Shown piece by piece: positions 48,865-57,679 of a DNA stretch of 64,000 nt. This DNA comes from Patescibacteria group bacterium (GTDB lineage Bacteria; Patescibacteriota; Microgenomatia; 2-02-FULL-39-11), in the NCBI GenBank assembly GCA_023379265.1, contig JAMCUI010000009.1, positions 100,091-164,090 on the forward strand, read 5' to 3'. A program made the position numbers and the translations under genes. Within the stretch, counting starts at the first letter, position 1. Every line of letters starts with the position of its first letter. The notes below the pieces were generated by a model, which was given only the letters and a program-made list of their open reading frames with translations, had not been told where the DNA came from and did no database searches.

Positions 48865-49698
48865 ATGAGCCTTATAATAAAAAATTTATCGGTAAATTTG
48901 AGAGAAAGGCAAATCCTGAAAGAAATTTCTCTTGAGGTGGCACCGGGAACTCTTCATGCAATTATGGGTCCCAATGGGGGAGGAAAATCCACTCTTTCAG
49001 CTGCTCTTTTGGGTAATTCCGCTTATACGGTTACGGACAGGGTAAGAGGGAAAAACAAACCGCAAATATTAGTGGATAACAAGGATATAACTGGTTTGCC
49101 TACAGACATGAGAGCAAAACTAGGCCTTTTTTTGGCTTTTCAAAGCCCGATAAGCATACCAGGCGTAAATGTCGCAAATCTTTTGAAAACCGCATACCAG
49201 TTAAGCAAAGAGCAAAGAACAAAGAACCATTCGTCCCGACATAAGGAAGGACTCAGGGCAAGAAAAGATCAAAAAAAACTTCATAACCCAGCATTATCGG
49301 TTTGGGAGTTCAACGAAATGTTGGTAAAAGAGGCCAAAAAACTCTCTATACCCCAGGATTTTTTGAGGCGCAGCTTAAATGAGGCTTTCTCAGGCGGAGA
49401 GAAGAAGAAACTAGAGATGCTTCAGGCGGTCATCCTTTCTCCAAAATATGCGGTTTTTGACGAGATTGATACAGGTCTTGATGTGGATGCTCTAAAGATT
49501 GTCGCCACAGGTATTGAGCAATTGAAGAAGAAAAAAACCGGAGTCATTGTTATTACTCATTACCAAAGGATACTAAAGTATGCCAGACCGGATTTTGTCC
49601 ATATACTTGTCGGAGGAAGGATAGTAGCTTCTGGAAATAGAAATCTGGCTAAAGAGGTGGAAGAAAACGGATACAGAAAGTGGGCAGATAATAATTAA
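48865..49698 (+). CDS. sufC: Fe-S assembly ATPase SufC (with ~20-25 aa insertion)
   Basis: IMGPNGGGKST, GLFLAFQ.P, NEAFSGGEKKK.EMLQ, DEIDTGLDVDAL, ITHYQRIL. Confidence 0.96.
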   Translation: MSLIIKNLSVNLRERQILKEISLEVAPGTLHAIMGPNGGGKSTLSAALLGNSAYTVTDRVRGKNKPQILVDNKDITGLPTDMRAKLGLFLAFQSPISIPGVNVANLLKTAYQLSKEQRTKNHSSRHKEGLRARKDQKKLHNPALSVWEFNEMLVKEAKKLSIPQDFLRRSLNEAFSGGEKKKLEMLQAVILSPKYAVFDEIDTGLDVDALKIVATGIEQLKKKKTGVIVITHYQRILKYARPDFVHILVGGRIVASGNRNLAKEVEENGYRKWADNN

Positions 49699-49699
49699 A

Positions 49700-49773
49700 T
49701 CCAAAATTCAAATGTCAAATGAAATCCAAATTGAAAATATTTAATTTTAACCATTTGAGATTTGTGTTTTGGA
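49700..49773. repeat. Heptamer-periodic inverted repeat between sufC and sufB
   Basis: TCCAAAATTCAAATGTCAAATG pairs with CATTTGAGATTTGTGTTTTGGA. Confidence 0.65.
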
Positions 49774-49812
49774 GTTGATTAATAATTTGGCTTTTATCAT
49801 TTTTTCTAGATT

Positions 49813-51210
49813 ATGTCTCAAGTTGCAATCCAACCAAACGATTATAAATACGGGTTCAAAAAGCCTGAAAATTATATCTTCAAGGCAAAAAAAGGGTTAA
49901 ACAACAAAACTGTGGAAGAGATTTCTTGGCATAAGGAGGAGCCTTACTGGATGAGAGATTTTCGCCTCTCGGCCCTAAAGATTTTTGAAGAGAAAAAACT
50001 GCCCATGTGGGGAGGCGACCTGACGCATATAAATTTTGATGATATTTACTATTACATTAAACCAACGGAGAAAAAGGCCAAAAGCTGGGATGAACTACCG
50101 GAAGAGATAAGGGATACTTATGACAGGATTGGAATACCAGAGGCGGAAAAAAAATATCTTGGGGGTGTAAGTGCCCAGTATGAGAGCGAAGTGGTCTACA
50201 AAAGTATCCAGAAAACACTCGGGGAAAAAGGTGTTATCTTTTTGGATATGGATTCGGGACTGAGAGAATATCCAGATCTAGTGAAAGAGTATTTTGGAAC
50301 TCTTATTCCACCAGCCGACAATAAATTTGCCGCGCTTAACAGTGCTACATGGTCGGGAGGATCTTTCATATATGTGCCGAAAGGCGTACATGTGGATTTG
50401 CCGCTGCAGGCATATTTCCGTATAAATGCCGCCAATATGGGCCAGTTTGAAAGGACTCTTATTATTGCTGACGAAGGTAGCTTTGTACATTATGTTGAGG
50501 GATGTACTGCTCCTATTTATACCACTGATTCTCTTCACAGCGCTGTTGTTGAGATATTTGTGAAAAAGGGTGCTCGGGTGCGCTATACAACTATTCAAAA
50601 TTGGAGCAATAATGTGTATAACCTGGTGACAAAAAGGATGAGAATTGAAGAGGAAGGAGTAGGCGAATGGGTGGATGGAAATATTGGCAGCAAACTGACA
50701 ATGAAATATCCCTCTGTTTACCTTATGGGCAAGGGGGCACGGGGAGAGGTTTTATCAGTAGCGTATGCCGGACCCGGACAGCATCAAGATGCAGGAGGTA
50801 AAGCAATACATTTTGCTCCGTATACCAGCTCAAAAATCACTTCAAAGTCTGTTTCTGCAGGTGGGGGGAGGACTTCCTACCGGGGATTGGTACAGGTGTT
50901 TCCTTTTTCCCAAAATGTCAAATCAAAGGTTGTTTGTGATGCTCTTCTTATTGATGAATCTTCGAGATCCGATACATATCCGACTATGGATATAAGGAAT
51001 AACGATGTCCAAATAGAGCATGAGGCAACAGTGTCCAAAATCGGGGATGAACAGTTGTTTTATCTTATGAGCCGTGGGCTCAAAAAGGCTGATGCCGAAG
51101 CGATGATAGTCAACGGATTTATAGAGCCCATCGTTAAAGAATTACCTTTAGAGTATGCTGTGGAATTAAACCGACTTATTCAATTGGAGATGGAAGGGAG
51201 TGTAGGGTAG
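49813..51210 (+). CDS. sufB: Fe-S assembly scaffold SufB
   Basis: [48 protein letters not shown]. Confidence 0.97.
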   Translation: MSQVAIQPNDYKYGFKKPENYIFKAKKGLNNKTVEEISWHKEEPYWMRDFRLSALKIFEEKKLPMWGGDLTHINFDDIYYYIKPTEKKAKSWDELPEEIRDTYDRIGIPEAEKKYLGGVSAQYESEVVYKSIQKTLGEKGVIFLDMDSGLREYPDLVKEYFGTLIPPADNKFAALNSATWSGGSFIYVPKGVHVDLPLQAYFRINAANMGQFERTLIIADEGSFVHYVEGCTAPIYTTDSLHSAVVEIFVKKGARVRYTTIQNWSNNVYNLVTKRMRIEEEGVGEWVDGNIGSKLTMKYPSVYLMGKGARGEVLSVAYAGPGQHQDAGGKAIHFAPYTSSKITSKSVSAGGGRTSYRGLVQVFPFSQNVKSKVVCDALLIDESSRSDTYPTMDIRNNDVQIEHEATVSKIGDEQLFYLMSRGLKKADAEAMIVNGFIEPIVKELPLEYAVELNRLIQLEMEGSVG

Positions 51211-51233
51211 CACAATAATTTACAGGTTACGAA

Positions 51234-51366
51234 TTAAAAGCTGCTCGTAGTGTAAATTTTCTAGATCGCAAGGATGGGAGATCTTTATCATTTTTTCAAT
51301 CAAAGAGTTGGAGTATGAGTTACGTATGCAATCTTTGGAAATTTACACATACTTCGCATCTTTTAA
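51234..51366 (+). repeat. Long interrupted hairpin element B (homolog of 48681-48843)
   Basis: TTAAAAG/CTTTTAA, GTGTAAATTTTC/GGAAATTTACAC, AGATCGCA/TGCAATCT. Confidence 0.65.
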
Positions 51367-51393
51367 AATCTTCGAGGATAATTATTTTAATTT

Positions 51394-52035
51394 ATGAAGA
51401 AAAATTCTATTGTTATTATTGACAAATTGAGAAAGAATCAGCAGTTTATTGTGGATGATGAGAGGCAGAAAACATTTTTTATCCTGTTGGACTGCGGGAA
51501 GGATGAGAGTGGAGATGTGAATATAAACATAAAAAGTGAAAGCGCTAACGTACAGATATTAGGGATAGTGTTGGGATACGGGAAACAAAAGATAGAGATG
51601 TCTACATTGCAAAAACATCTTAAGCCTAAAGGCGTATCTGATCTTTTTATTAAATCCGTACTTTTTGATGAGTCAAAGTTTTATTACCGAGGTCTTATCA
51701 AGATAGAGAAGGATGCACAAAAATCAAACGCCTATCAGAAGAATCAAACACTCCTTATGTCGAGGAGATCTTGGGCTGATACCCGTCCCTATCTTGAGAT
51801 TTTGGCAAATGATGTGCGCTGTACTCACGGGGCCACAGTCGGCAAGCTTGACGAAAACCAGTTGTATTATCTTAGCACCCGCGGGATAGAAAGAGGGATG
51901 GCGACCAAACTTTTAATCTCAGGATTTCTGCAGGACGTGGTTGACAGGATACCGCAGGAAGATGTAAGAAAGAGAGTAGAGGGAAAAATTGAGCAAAAGG
52001 TAAATCAATTACTAAATAAATCAGTCAAAGATTGA
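51394..52035 (+). CDS. sufD: SufD, short form
   Basis: PYLEILANDVRCTHGATVG, YYLSTRGI; only 213 aa. Confidence 0.88.
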   Translation: MKKNSIVIIDKLRKNQQFIVDDERQKTFFILLDCGKDESGDVNINIKSESANVQILGIVLGYGKQKIEMSTLQKHLKPKGVSDLFIKSVLFDESKFYYRGLIKIEKDAQKSNAYQKNQTLLMSRRSWADTRPYLEILANDVRCTHGATVGKLDENQLYYLSTRGIERGMATKLLISGFLQDVVDRIPQEDVRKRVEGKIEQKVNQLLNKSVKD

Positions 52036-52038
52036 ACT

Positions 52039-52350
52039 ATGGGAAAAAAACTTGTTCCGGTGGCAAAAAAATCAGACATACCAGAAGGGAAAATAAAAGA
52101 GTACAAAATGGAGGGAAAGACTATCGCTGTTGTCAACACTGATGGAGAATATTTGGCGTTTGATGGGCTCTGCACTCATGCCCAATGCGCCCTTGCCGGA
52201 GGCATGTTGGATGGGCATACCGTGACGTGTTATTGTCATGGGGGACAGTTTGATATAAAGACCGGTGAAGTCCTTGCTCTTCCTCCACAATCTCCTATCA
52301 ATGTTTATAACGTGAAGATCAAAGGCGAATATCTTTTTGTGGAGATCTGA
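52039..52350 (+). CDS. Rieske 2Fe-2S ferredoxin
   Basis: CTH ... CYCHGGQFD. Confidence 0.93.
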   Translation: MGKKLVPVAKKSDIPEGKIKEYKMEGKTIAVVNTDGEYLAFDGLCTHAQCALAGGMLDGHTVTCYCHGGQFDIKTGEVLALPPQSPINVYNVKIKGEYLFVEI

Positions 52351-52365
52351 TAAATTAAAGATTCG

Positions 52366-52522
52366 TAATTTTAATCTATGGGTCCTACCGTTTAAGCGTT
52401 CCAATCTTTGTTTCAGAGCGCTCGCGAGAAATAGTTGAATAGTGTCCTTATAGTCTTAGTCGCTCGCTTAATGAAACTTAGCTTGGAAATCCTTCTTAAA
52501 CGTCACCCATTTATGAAAATTA
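52366..52522. repeat. Long interrupted hairpin element C
   Basis: ATGGGT/ACCCAT, CGTTTAAG/CTTAAACG, TTCCAA/TTGGAA, GTTTCA/TGAAAC, GAGCG/CGCTT. Confidence 0.65.
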
Positions 52523-52591
52523 ATGTATTTGATTGACATAGAGTAAAATTTCCACTTGCTTTGCTTTTTTAGAATATTAGGTTAGGCAAAT

Positions 52592-53821
52592 ATGTTTGAT
52601 CTCAAAAAAGTAAAAAAGGATTTCCCTATTTTTGACAGGCTGATAAACGGCAAAAGGATTGTATATCTTGATTCTACAGCTTCGACCCTAAAGCCGCGCA
52701 AAGTGATAAGCGCCTTAAATGATTACTATACCCGCTATAGCGTCAACATATTTCGAGGGTTGTATACATTATCTGAAGAGGCTACAGCCGAATACGAAAA
52801 AGCCCGGCAGAAAATAGCCAGGTTTATCGGTTGCGGGAATCCCAAGGAAGTTATTTTTGTCCGCAATGCTACTGAGGGAGTCAATCTTGTGGCTCAAGCC
52901 TGGGGAGAGATAAATATTGGTAAGGGTGAGGAGATTGTTTCCACCGTGATGGAGCATCATGCCAATATCGTACCCTGGCAGGAATTGGTAAAGAAAAAGG
53001 GGGCAGTATTGAAATTTGTAGATTTTGATAATGAGGGATATCTGGATTTGAATGATCTAGAGAAAAAAATCAACAGAAAAACAAAACTATTTGCCGTGAC
53101 GTATATGTCAAACGTTTTAGGGACAATAAATCCTGTTTCCAGGATCATTAAAACAGTCAGGAGGATAAATCCGCAGGCAAAAATTCTTATCGATGCCGCA
53201 CAGGCAGTGCCACATCTGAAAGTTGATGTAGACAATCTCGGATGTGATTTTTTGGTTTTCTCAGGTCACAAAATGCTTGGACCGACCGGAATAGGAGTAG
53301 TCTGGGGTAAATATGAGCTTTTGGACGGAATGTTTCCATATCAGTTTGGAGGAGACATGATAAAGGAAGTTTACCTTGATAAGACTGTTTATAAAGAGCC
53401 TCCGCATAAATTCGAAGCGGGTACTCCACATATTGCAGGTGCTATAGGTTTAGGAGCTGCAGTTGACTATCTTTTTGAACTTGGTATGGATAATGTCAGG
53501 CTACATGAAATTAAATTGACCGAATACGGTTTAAGGAGCCTGAAAGGAATAGACGGCTTGACAGTTTACGGTCCGCAAAAAGCTCAAGAAAGGGGAGGAG
53601 TGTTGGCTTTTAACCTCAAAAAAGTGCATCCTCATGATGCAGCGCAGGTACTAAACGAGGATAATGTCTGTATCAGGAGTGGACACCATTGTGCAATGCC
53701 GGTACATACAAAGTTACACATACCTGCTTCTTGTCGTGCAAGTCTCTATATTTACAACACTGAAGAAGATATCGATCAACTTGTATTATCCCTGCAGAAA
53801 GCCGTTAAAATATTCACTTAA
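52592..53821 (+). CDS. sufS: Cysteine desulfurase SufS
   Basis: MEHHAN, DAAQ, SGHKMLGPTG, FEAGTP, RSGHHCA. Confidence 0.97.
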   Translation: MFDLKKVKKDFPIFDRLINGKRIVYLDSTASTLKPRKVISALNDYYTRYSVNIFRGLYTLSEEATAEYEKARQKIARFIGCGNPKEVIFVRNATEGVNLVAQAWGEINIGKGEEIVSTVMEHHANIVPWQELVKKKGAVLKFVDFDNEGYLDLNDLEKKINRKTKLFAVTYMSNVLGTINPVSRIIKTVRRINPQAKILIDAAQAVPHLKVDVDNLGCDFLVFSGHKMLGPTGIGVVWGKYELLDGMFPYQFGGDMIKEVYLDKTVYKEPPHKFEAGTPHIAGAIGLGAAVDYLFELGMDNVRLHEIKLTEYGLRSLKGIDGLTVYGPQKAQERGGVLAFNLKKVHPHDAAQVLNEDNVCIRSGHHCAMPVHTKLHIPASCRASLYIYNTEEDIDQLVLSLQKAVKIFT

Positions 53822-53836
53822 ACAAAGTTTTGCCTC

Positions 53837-54217
53837 ATGGATAATTTCTATAGAGATAACATACTGGATCATTATAAAAATCCCCGTAATTTCGGCAGAC
53901 TGAAAAAGCCGGATGTCTCATACAGTGAGGAGAATGTGACGTGCGGGGATAAAATAGGAATGGAGGTAAAATTCAGAATTCAAAATTCAGAATTCAAAAT
54001 TATTGAGGATGTGCGTTTTTGGGGAGAGGGGTGCGCCGTCTCCATGGCTTCCTCCTCTCTTTTGACGCAGAAGGTGAAAGGTATGGATGTATTGAAAGTA
54101 AAGAATTTGGGTAAGGAAGATATACTAAAACTTTTAGGAATTGAGTTGACTCCAACCAGACTTAAGTGTGCACTCCTGCCTCTTGAGGTGTTGCAAAAAG
54201 CTTTACAAGGAAAATAA
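53837..54217 (+). CDS. sufU: SufU/IscU-type scaffold or sulfur-transfer protein
   Basis: ILDHYKNPRNFG, CGD, GCAVSMAS, RLKCALL. Confidence 0.9.
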   Translation: MDNFYRDNILDHYKNPRNFGRLKKPDVSYSEENVTCGDKIGMEVKFRIQNSEFKIIEDVRFWGEGCAVSMASSSLLTQKVKGMDVLKVKNLGKEDILKLLGIELTPTRLKCALLPLEVLQKALQGK

Positions 54218-54312
54218 AAGGGTCTTGCCATCATAGTGTATTTGTTTTATAACTAAAATACTGTTCTAAAATGACTTTATTAAAGTAAATTAATTTCTGG
54301 AAGGAGAGAGAG

Positions 54313-54588
54313 ATGGATCAAACAAATAATTCTTCAGGTGCTTCGGGACCATCAGGCCCAAAAAAGGTAAACAATGTTACGGTTGTAGTAGACAGAAATC
54401 TTTGTATTGGTGCGGCTTCTTGTGTGGCTGTGGCGCCAAAGACTTTTGCCTTGGATAATGAGGCTAAAGCGATAATATTGGATACCGCAACCGAAGATAG
54501 TTTAGATACGATAATGGACGCGGCCAAGTCGTGTCCGGTAGCTGCTATAATAATTCATGACGATACAGGTAAACAGTTGTTCCCGTAA
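54313..54588 (+). CDS. Single-cluster ferredoxin
   Basis: CIGAASC ... CPVAAI; Ala at the second Cys position suggests a 3Fe-4S type. Confidence 0.9.
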   Translation: MDQTNNSSGASGPSGPKKVNNVTVVVDRNLCIGAASCVAVAPKTFALDNEAKAIILDTATEDSLDTIMDAAKSCPVAAIIIHDDTGKQLFP

Positions 54589-54612
54589 GTAGATGTGACT
54601 CACAGAAGTGTT

Positions 54613-54663
54613 GTAGCTGCGATTATTATTCACGATGAATCCGGCAAACAGTTGTTTCCTTAA
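54613..54663 (+). repeat. Diverged duplicate of the last 17 codons of the ferredoxin gene
   Basis: Encodes VAAIIIHDESGKQLFP* versus VAAIIIHDDTGKQLFP* at 54538-54588. Confidence 0.85.
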
Positions 54664-54676
54664 AACCTGATATTTC

Positions 54677-54877
54677 ATGCTAAATAATCTGTCCTCCACA
54701 ATCTTAAGTTCGTCCGTAACTAAATTTGCCGCGGATGACGAAAGAAATTCAATTTCTTCTCGACTAAATCTACACGATTGTCCTTCATGCAATTTTGAGA
54801 CGCTGATGGGTATGCCTGGCAGCGCAGATGCTATATGCAAGAACTGTGGTTTTAAGGAACCTTGTTGTGCTGATTAA
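54677..54877 (+). CDS. Small Zn-ribbon-like protein
   Basis: CPSC ... CKNC ... CC in 66 aa. Confidence 0.6.
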   Translation: MLNNLSSTILSSSVTKFAADDERNSISSRLNLHDCPSCNFETLMGMPGSADAICKNCGFKEPCCAD

Positions 54878-54965
54878 AATTAATTTAACTTTAATATTCT
54901 GAATTTATACAAATATTGGCGGATTATTGGTAGTTAGTGATGAAATAGTGTTAATTTAGCTGACC

Positions 54966-56717
54966 ATGATCAATTTAACTGTAAAAATTGGAGGAGAAGC
55001 CGGTTTTGGAATTATGACGACTGGTCTTTTTTTGGGCAAGATCGCCACCAGAAGCGGTTATCATGCGTTTGAATATACTGAGTATCCATCTCTTATACGC
55101 GGAAGCCATAATGTAGTAGGTGTAAGGATATCCGACGAAAAAACGTATTCACAGGAAGAGAAGGTGGACGTGCTTCTTTGTCTGAATGCAGATACTTACA
55201 AACGTCATATTTCCGAAATGAAACAGGGTGGGATGGTAGTCTATGACAGGGATAAAACGGATATAAACAGTATAAAAGATGAAAATCGGGCAGACTTAGT
55301 CTATGTTCATGTGCCTTTTGCCAAAATACTACAGGAGGGAGCCTTTCCTACTGTGATGCTCAATAATATTGCTATGGGGGCTCTTATGTATCTTATAGGA
55401 GCAGATTTCGGAATACTTAAAAATCTTATTTCCGAAAACTTTATCAAAAAAGGCGAAGAAGTGATAAATAAAAATGTCAACGCATCACAAATGGGATATG
55501 ACAAAGCAAGAGAGAGCGATACTGAAGGTTATAAAGTAAAAATTCCAAAAAAGGAAAGTATCAGTTCCAGGATGTATCTGTCTGGAAATGAAGCGGTTGG
55601 TTTGGGAACTCTTGCTGCAGGATGCAAGTTTTATGTGGCGTATCCGATGACCCCTGCTTCAGCGCTTTTACACTACTTGGCTGCAAAAGCGGAAAAAAGC
55701 GGCATGGTGGTAAAACACGCTGAAGATGAGATATCAGTAATCAATATGGCTCTGGGAGCTTCTTGGGCTGGAGTACGCTCCATGGTAGGGACATCCGGTG
55801 GAGGATTTGCGCTCATGGTGGAGTCGGTATCACTGGCAGGCATAACAGAGACTCCAATTGTAATCGCCATGGTACAGCGTCCCGGTCCAGCTACGGGTAT
55901 GCCTACATGGACTGAACAGGGTGATCTTTTATTTATTGTTCATGCAGGACATGGTGAATTCCCCAAGATCGTATTATCTCCAGGGGATGTGGGAGAGGCA
56001 TATCAGTTAACAACAGAAGCTTTTAATCTCGCTGATAAGTACCAGACGCCTGTTTTTATACTTAGCGACAAGTATTTGCAGGAAGGAAAGCAGAGTATAG
56101 ATAGAAAAGAAATAGAGGAATATAAATTTGATATAAACCGCGGTAAGCTTTTGACTGCCGAGAAACTTGAAGTGCTTCCAAAAGGCGGATATAAAAGGTA
56201 TCTACTGACGGAAGACGGTATTTCTCCCCGAGCAATTCCGGGTTTGCCAAACAGTTTACAACAGGCTAATTCATATGAGCATATTGAAGATGGGCACACA
56301 ACCGAGGATGCGCAAGAAAGGATAAAGCAGGTTGACAAAAGAAATAGAAAAATAAGGACATATCTTTCTGCCGATTTTAAGATGCCACAGCTTTTTGGTC
56401 CAAAAGATGCTGAGTTGACTATAGTTTCATGGGGATCAATGAAAGGACCGGTGTTGCAGGCCATGCAAGATTGCGGCAACAAATTTAATTATCTGCATTT
56501 TACTCATCTTTGGCCTCTGGATAAAGAAAAAGTTTCACAGGTGTTGAAAAGTCTTAGGAAGACATTGTTAGTGGAGAACAATTCTACGGCGCAATTGGGA
56601 CAGTTATTGCAAATGGTGACTGGTGTGGAACTTGATAATAAACTTTTGAAATATTCAGGCCGTCCGGTTTTTCCGGAAGAAATATTAGCGAGGATAAAAG
56701 AGTTAGGAATTGGTTAA
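54966..56717 (+). CDS. 2-oxoacid:ferredoxin oxidoreductase, fused gamma-alpha subunit
   Basis: IGGEAGFG, EYPSLIRG, YPMTPAS, EDEIS, TSGGGF, QRPGPATG. Confidence 0.95.
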   Translation: MINLTVKIGGEAGFGIMTTGLFLGKIATRSGYHAFEYTEYPSLIRGSHNVVGVRISDEKTYSQEEKVDVLLCLNADTYKRHISEMKQGGMVVYDRDKTDINSIKDENRADLVYVHVPFAKILQEGAFPTVMLNNIAMGALMYLIGADFGILKNLISENFIKKGEEVINKNVNASQMGYDKARESDTEGYKVKIPKKESISSRMYLSGNEAVGLGTLAAGCKFYVAYPMTPASALLHYLAAKAEKSGMVVKHAEDEISVINMALGASWAGVRSMVGTSGGGFALMVESVSLAGITETPIVIAMVQRPGPATGMPTWTEQGDLLFIVHAGHGEFPKIVLSPGDVGEAYQLTTEAFNLADKYQTPVFILSDKYLQEGKQSIDRKEIEEYKFDINRGKLLTAEKLEVLPKGGYKRYLLTEDGISPRAIPGLPNSLQQANSYEHIEDGHTTEDAQERIKQVDKRNRKIRTYLSADFKMPQLFGPKDAELTIVSWGSMKGPVLQAMQDCGNKFNYLHFTHLWPLDKEKVSQVLKSLRKTLLVENNSTAQLGQLLQMVTGVELDNKLLKYSGRPVFPEEILARIKELGIG

Positions 56718-56724
56718 AAAGAAT

Positions 56725-57606
56725 ATGATGGAAACTACTAATCCAAATGTTTTTGCAGGCTATTTTCCGACGTGGTGTCCTGGATGTGGAGATTTTGGGA
56801 TTTGGGCAAGTATAAAAGGTGCACTGGCAAAACTAGGTTATTCCCCGGAAGAGATGGCTGTTGTTTTTGGCATAGGTTGTTCAGGCAATATGAATGATTT
56901 TCTCTGGGTGGATAGTTTCCATGCTCTGCACGGTCGCGCAGTTCCAAATGCCGTAGGTATCAAAATAGCCAATCATAAACTGCCTGTTTTAGCCATTGCA
57001 GGAGACGGAGATTGTTATGGGGAAGGCGGAAATCATCTGATACACGCCTGTCGTGGAAATCACGATATTACCATACTGGTACACGATAATAGGGTTTACG
57101 GGTTGACTACAGGTCAAGTTGCACCAACAGGGTTGAAGGGTTTCAAAGCAAAATCTACACCTCAAGGGGTAATAGAAGTGCCTGTAAATCCGGTAGCGTT
57201 AGCTATCACCCAAGGCGCCACATATGTAGCGCAAGGATTTGCAGGTGACATAAACCATCTGACAGATCTTATTGTTGAAGGGGTTAAGCACAAAGGCTTG
57301 TCGCTTGTAAACGTATTTCAGCCATGTGTTACTTTTAATCATGTGACGACTTATGCCTGGTATAGGGAAAGACTTTACAAGCTGACTGTTCAGAACCATG
57401 ACCCTAAAGATATGAAAAAAGCATTGGATAAGTCTTTGGAGTTGGATGCGCATATTCCAATTGGGTTAATATATAAAAGTGAGAGGCCGACCTATACCGA
57501 TTGCCTACCACAGATTTCAAAAGAGACTTTGGTGGATGCGGGTTTGGGTTTTACGAAAGATGATTCCAGCGCTATGTTGCAGAAGTTCGTTCCTGAATTC
57601 CTTTAA
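56725..57606 (+). CDS. 2-oxoacid:ferredoxin oxidoreductase beta subunit (TPP-binding)
   Basis: WCPGCG, GIGCS, GDGD, YGLTTGQ, QPCVTFN. Confidence 0.95.
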   Translation: MMETTNPNVFAGYFPTWCPGCGDFGIWASIKGALAKLGYSPEEMAVVFGIGCSGNMNDFLWVDSFHALHGRAVPNAVGIKIANHKLPVLAIAGDGDCYGEGGNHLIHACRGNHDITILVHDNRVYGLTTGQVAPTGLKGFKAKSTPQGVIEVPVNPVALAITQGATYVAQGFAGDINHLTDLIVEGVKHKGLSLVNVFQPCVTFNHVTTYAWYRERLYKLTVQNHDPKDMKKALDKSLELDAHIPIGLIYKSERPTYTDCLPQISKETLVDAGLGFTKDDSSAMLQKFVPEFL

Positions 57607-57624
57607 CCTAAAACTTACAGTCTC

Positions 57625-57658
57625 TTGACAATTAGCACTCTCTTTGTTAAACTGCTAG
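57625..57658 (+). promoter_or_regulatory. lon promoter with overlapping CIRCE (HrcA) box
   Basis: TTGACA -17- TAAACT; TTAGCACTC-N9-AACTGCTAG (left arm perfect, right arm 6/9). Confidence 0.75.
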
Positions 57659-57679
57659 AAACCTAAAATTTTTGAAAAT

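Noticed and set aside
54538-54663. DGR template/variable repeat pair
   Set aside because: Differences are at third codon positions, not adenine-specific, and no reverse transcriptase is in the window.
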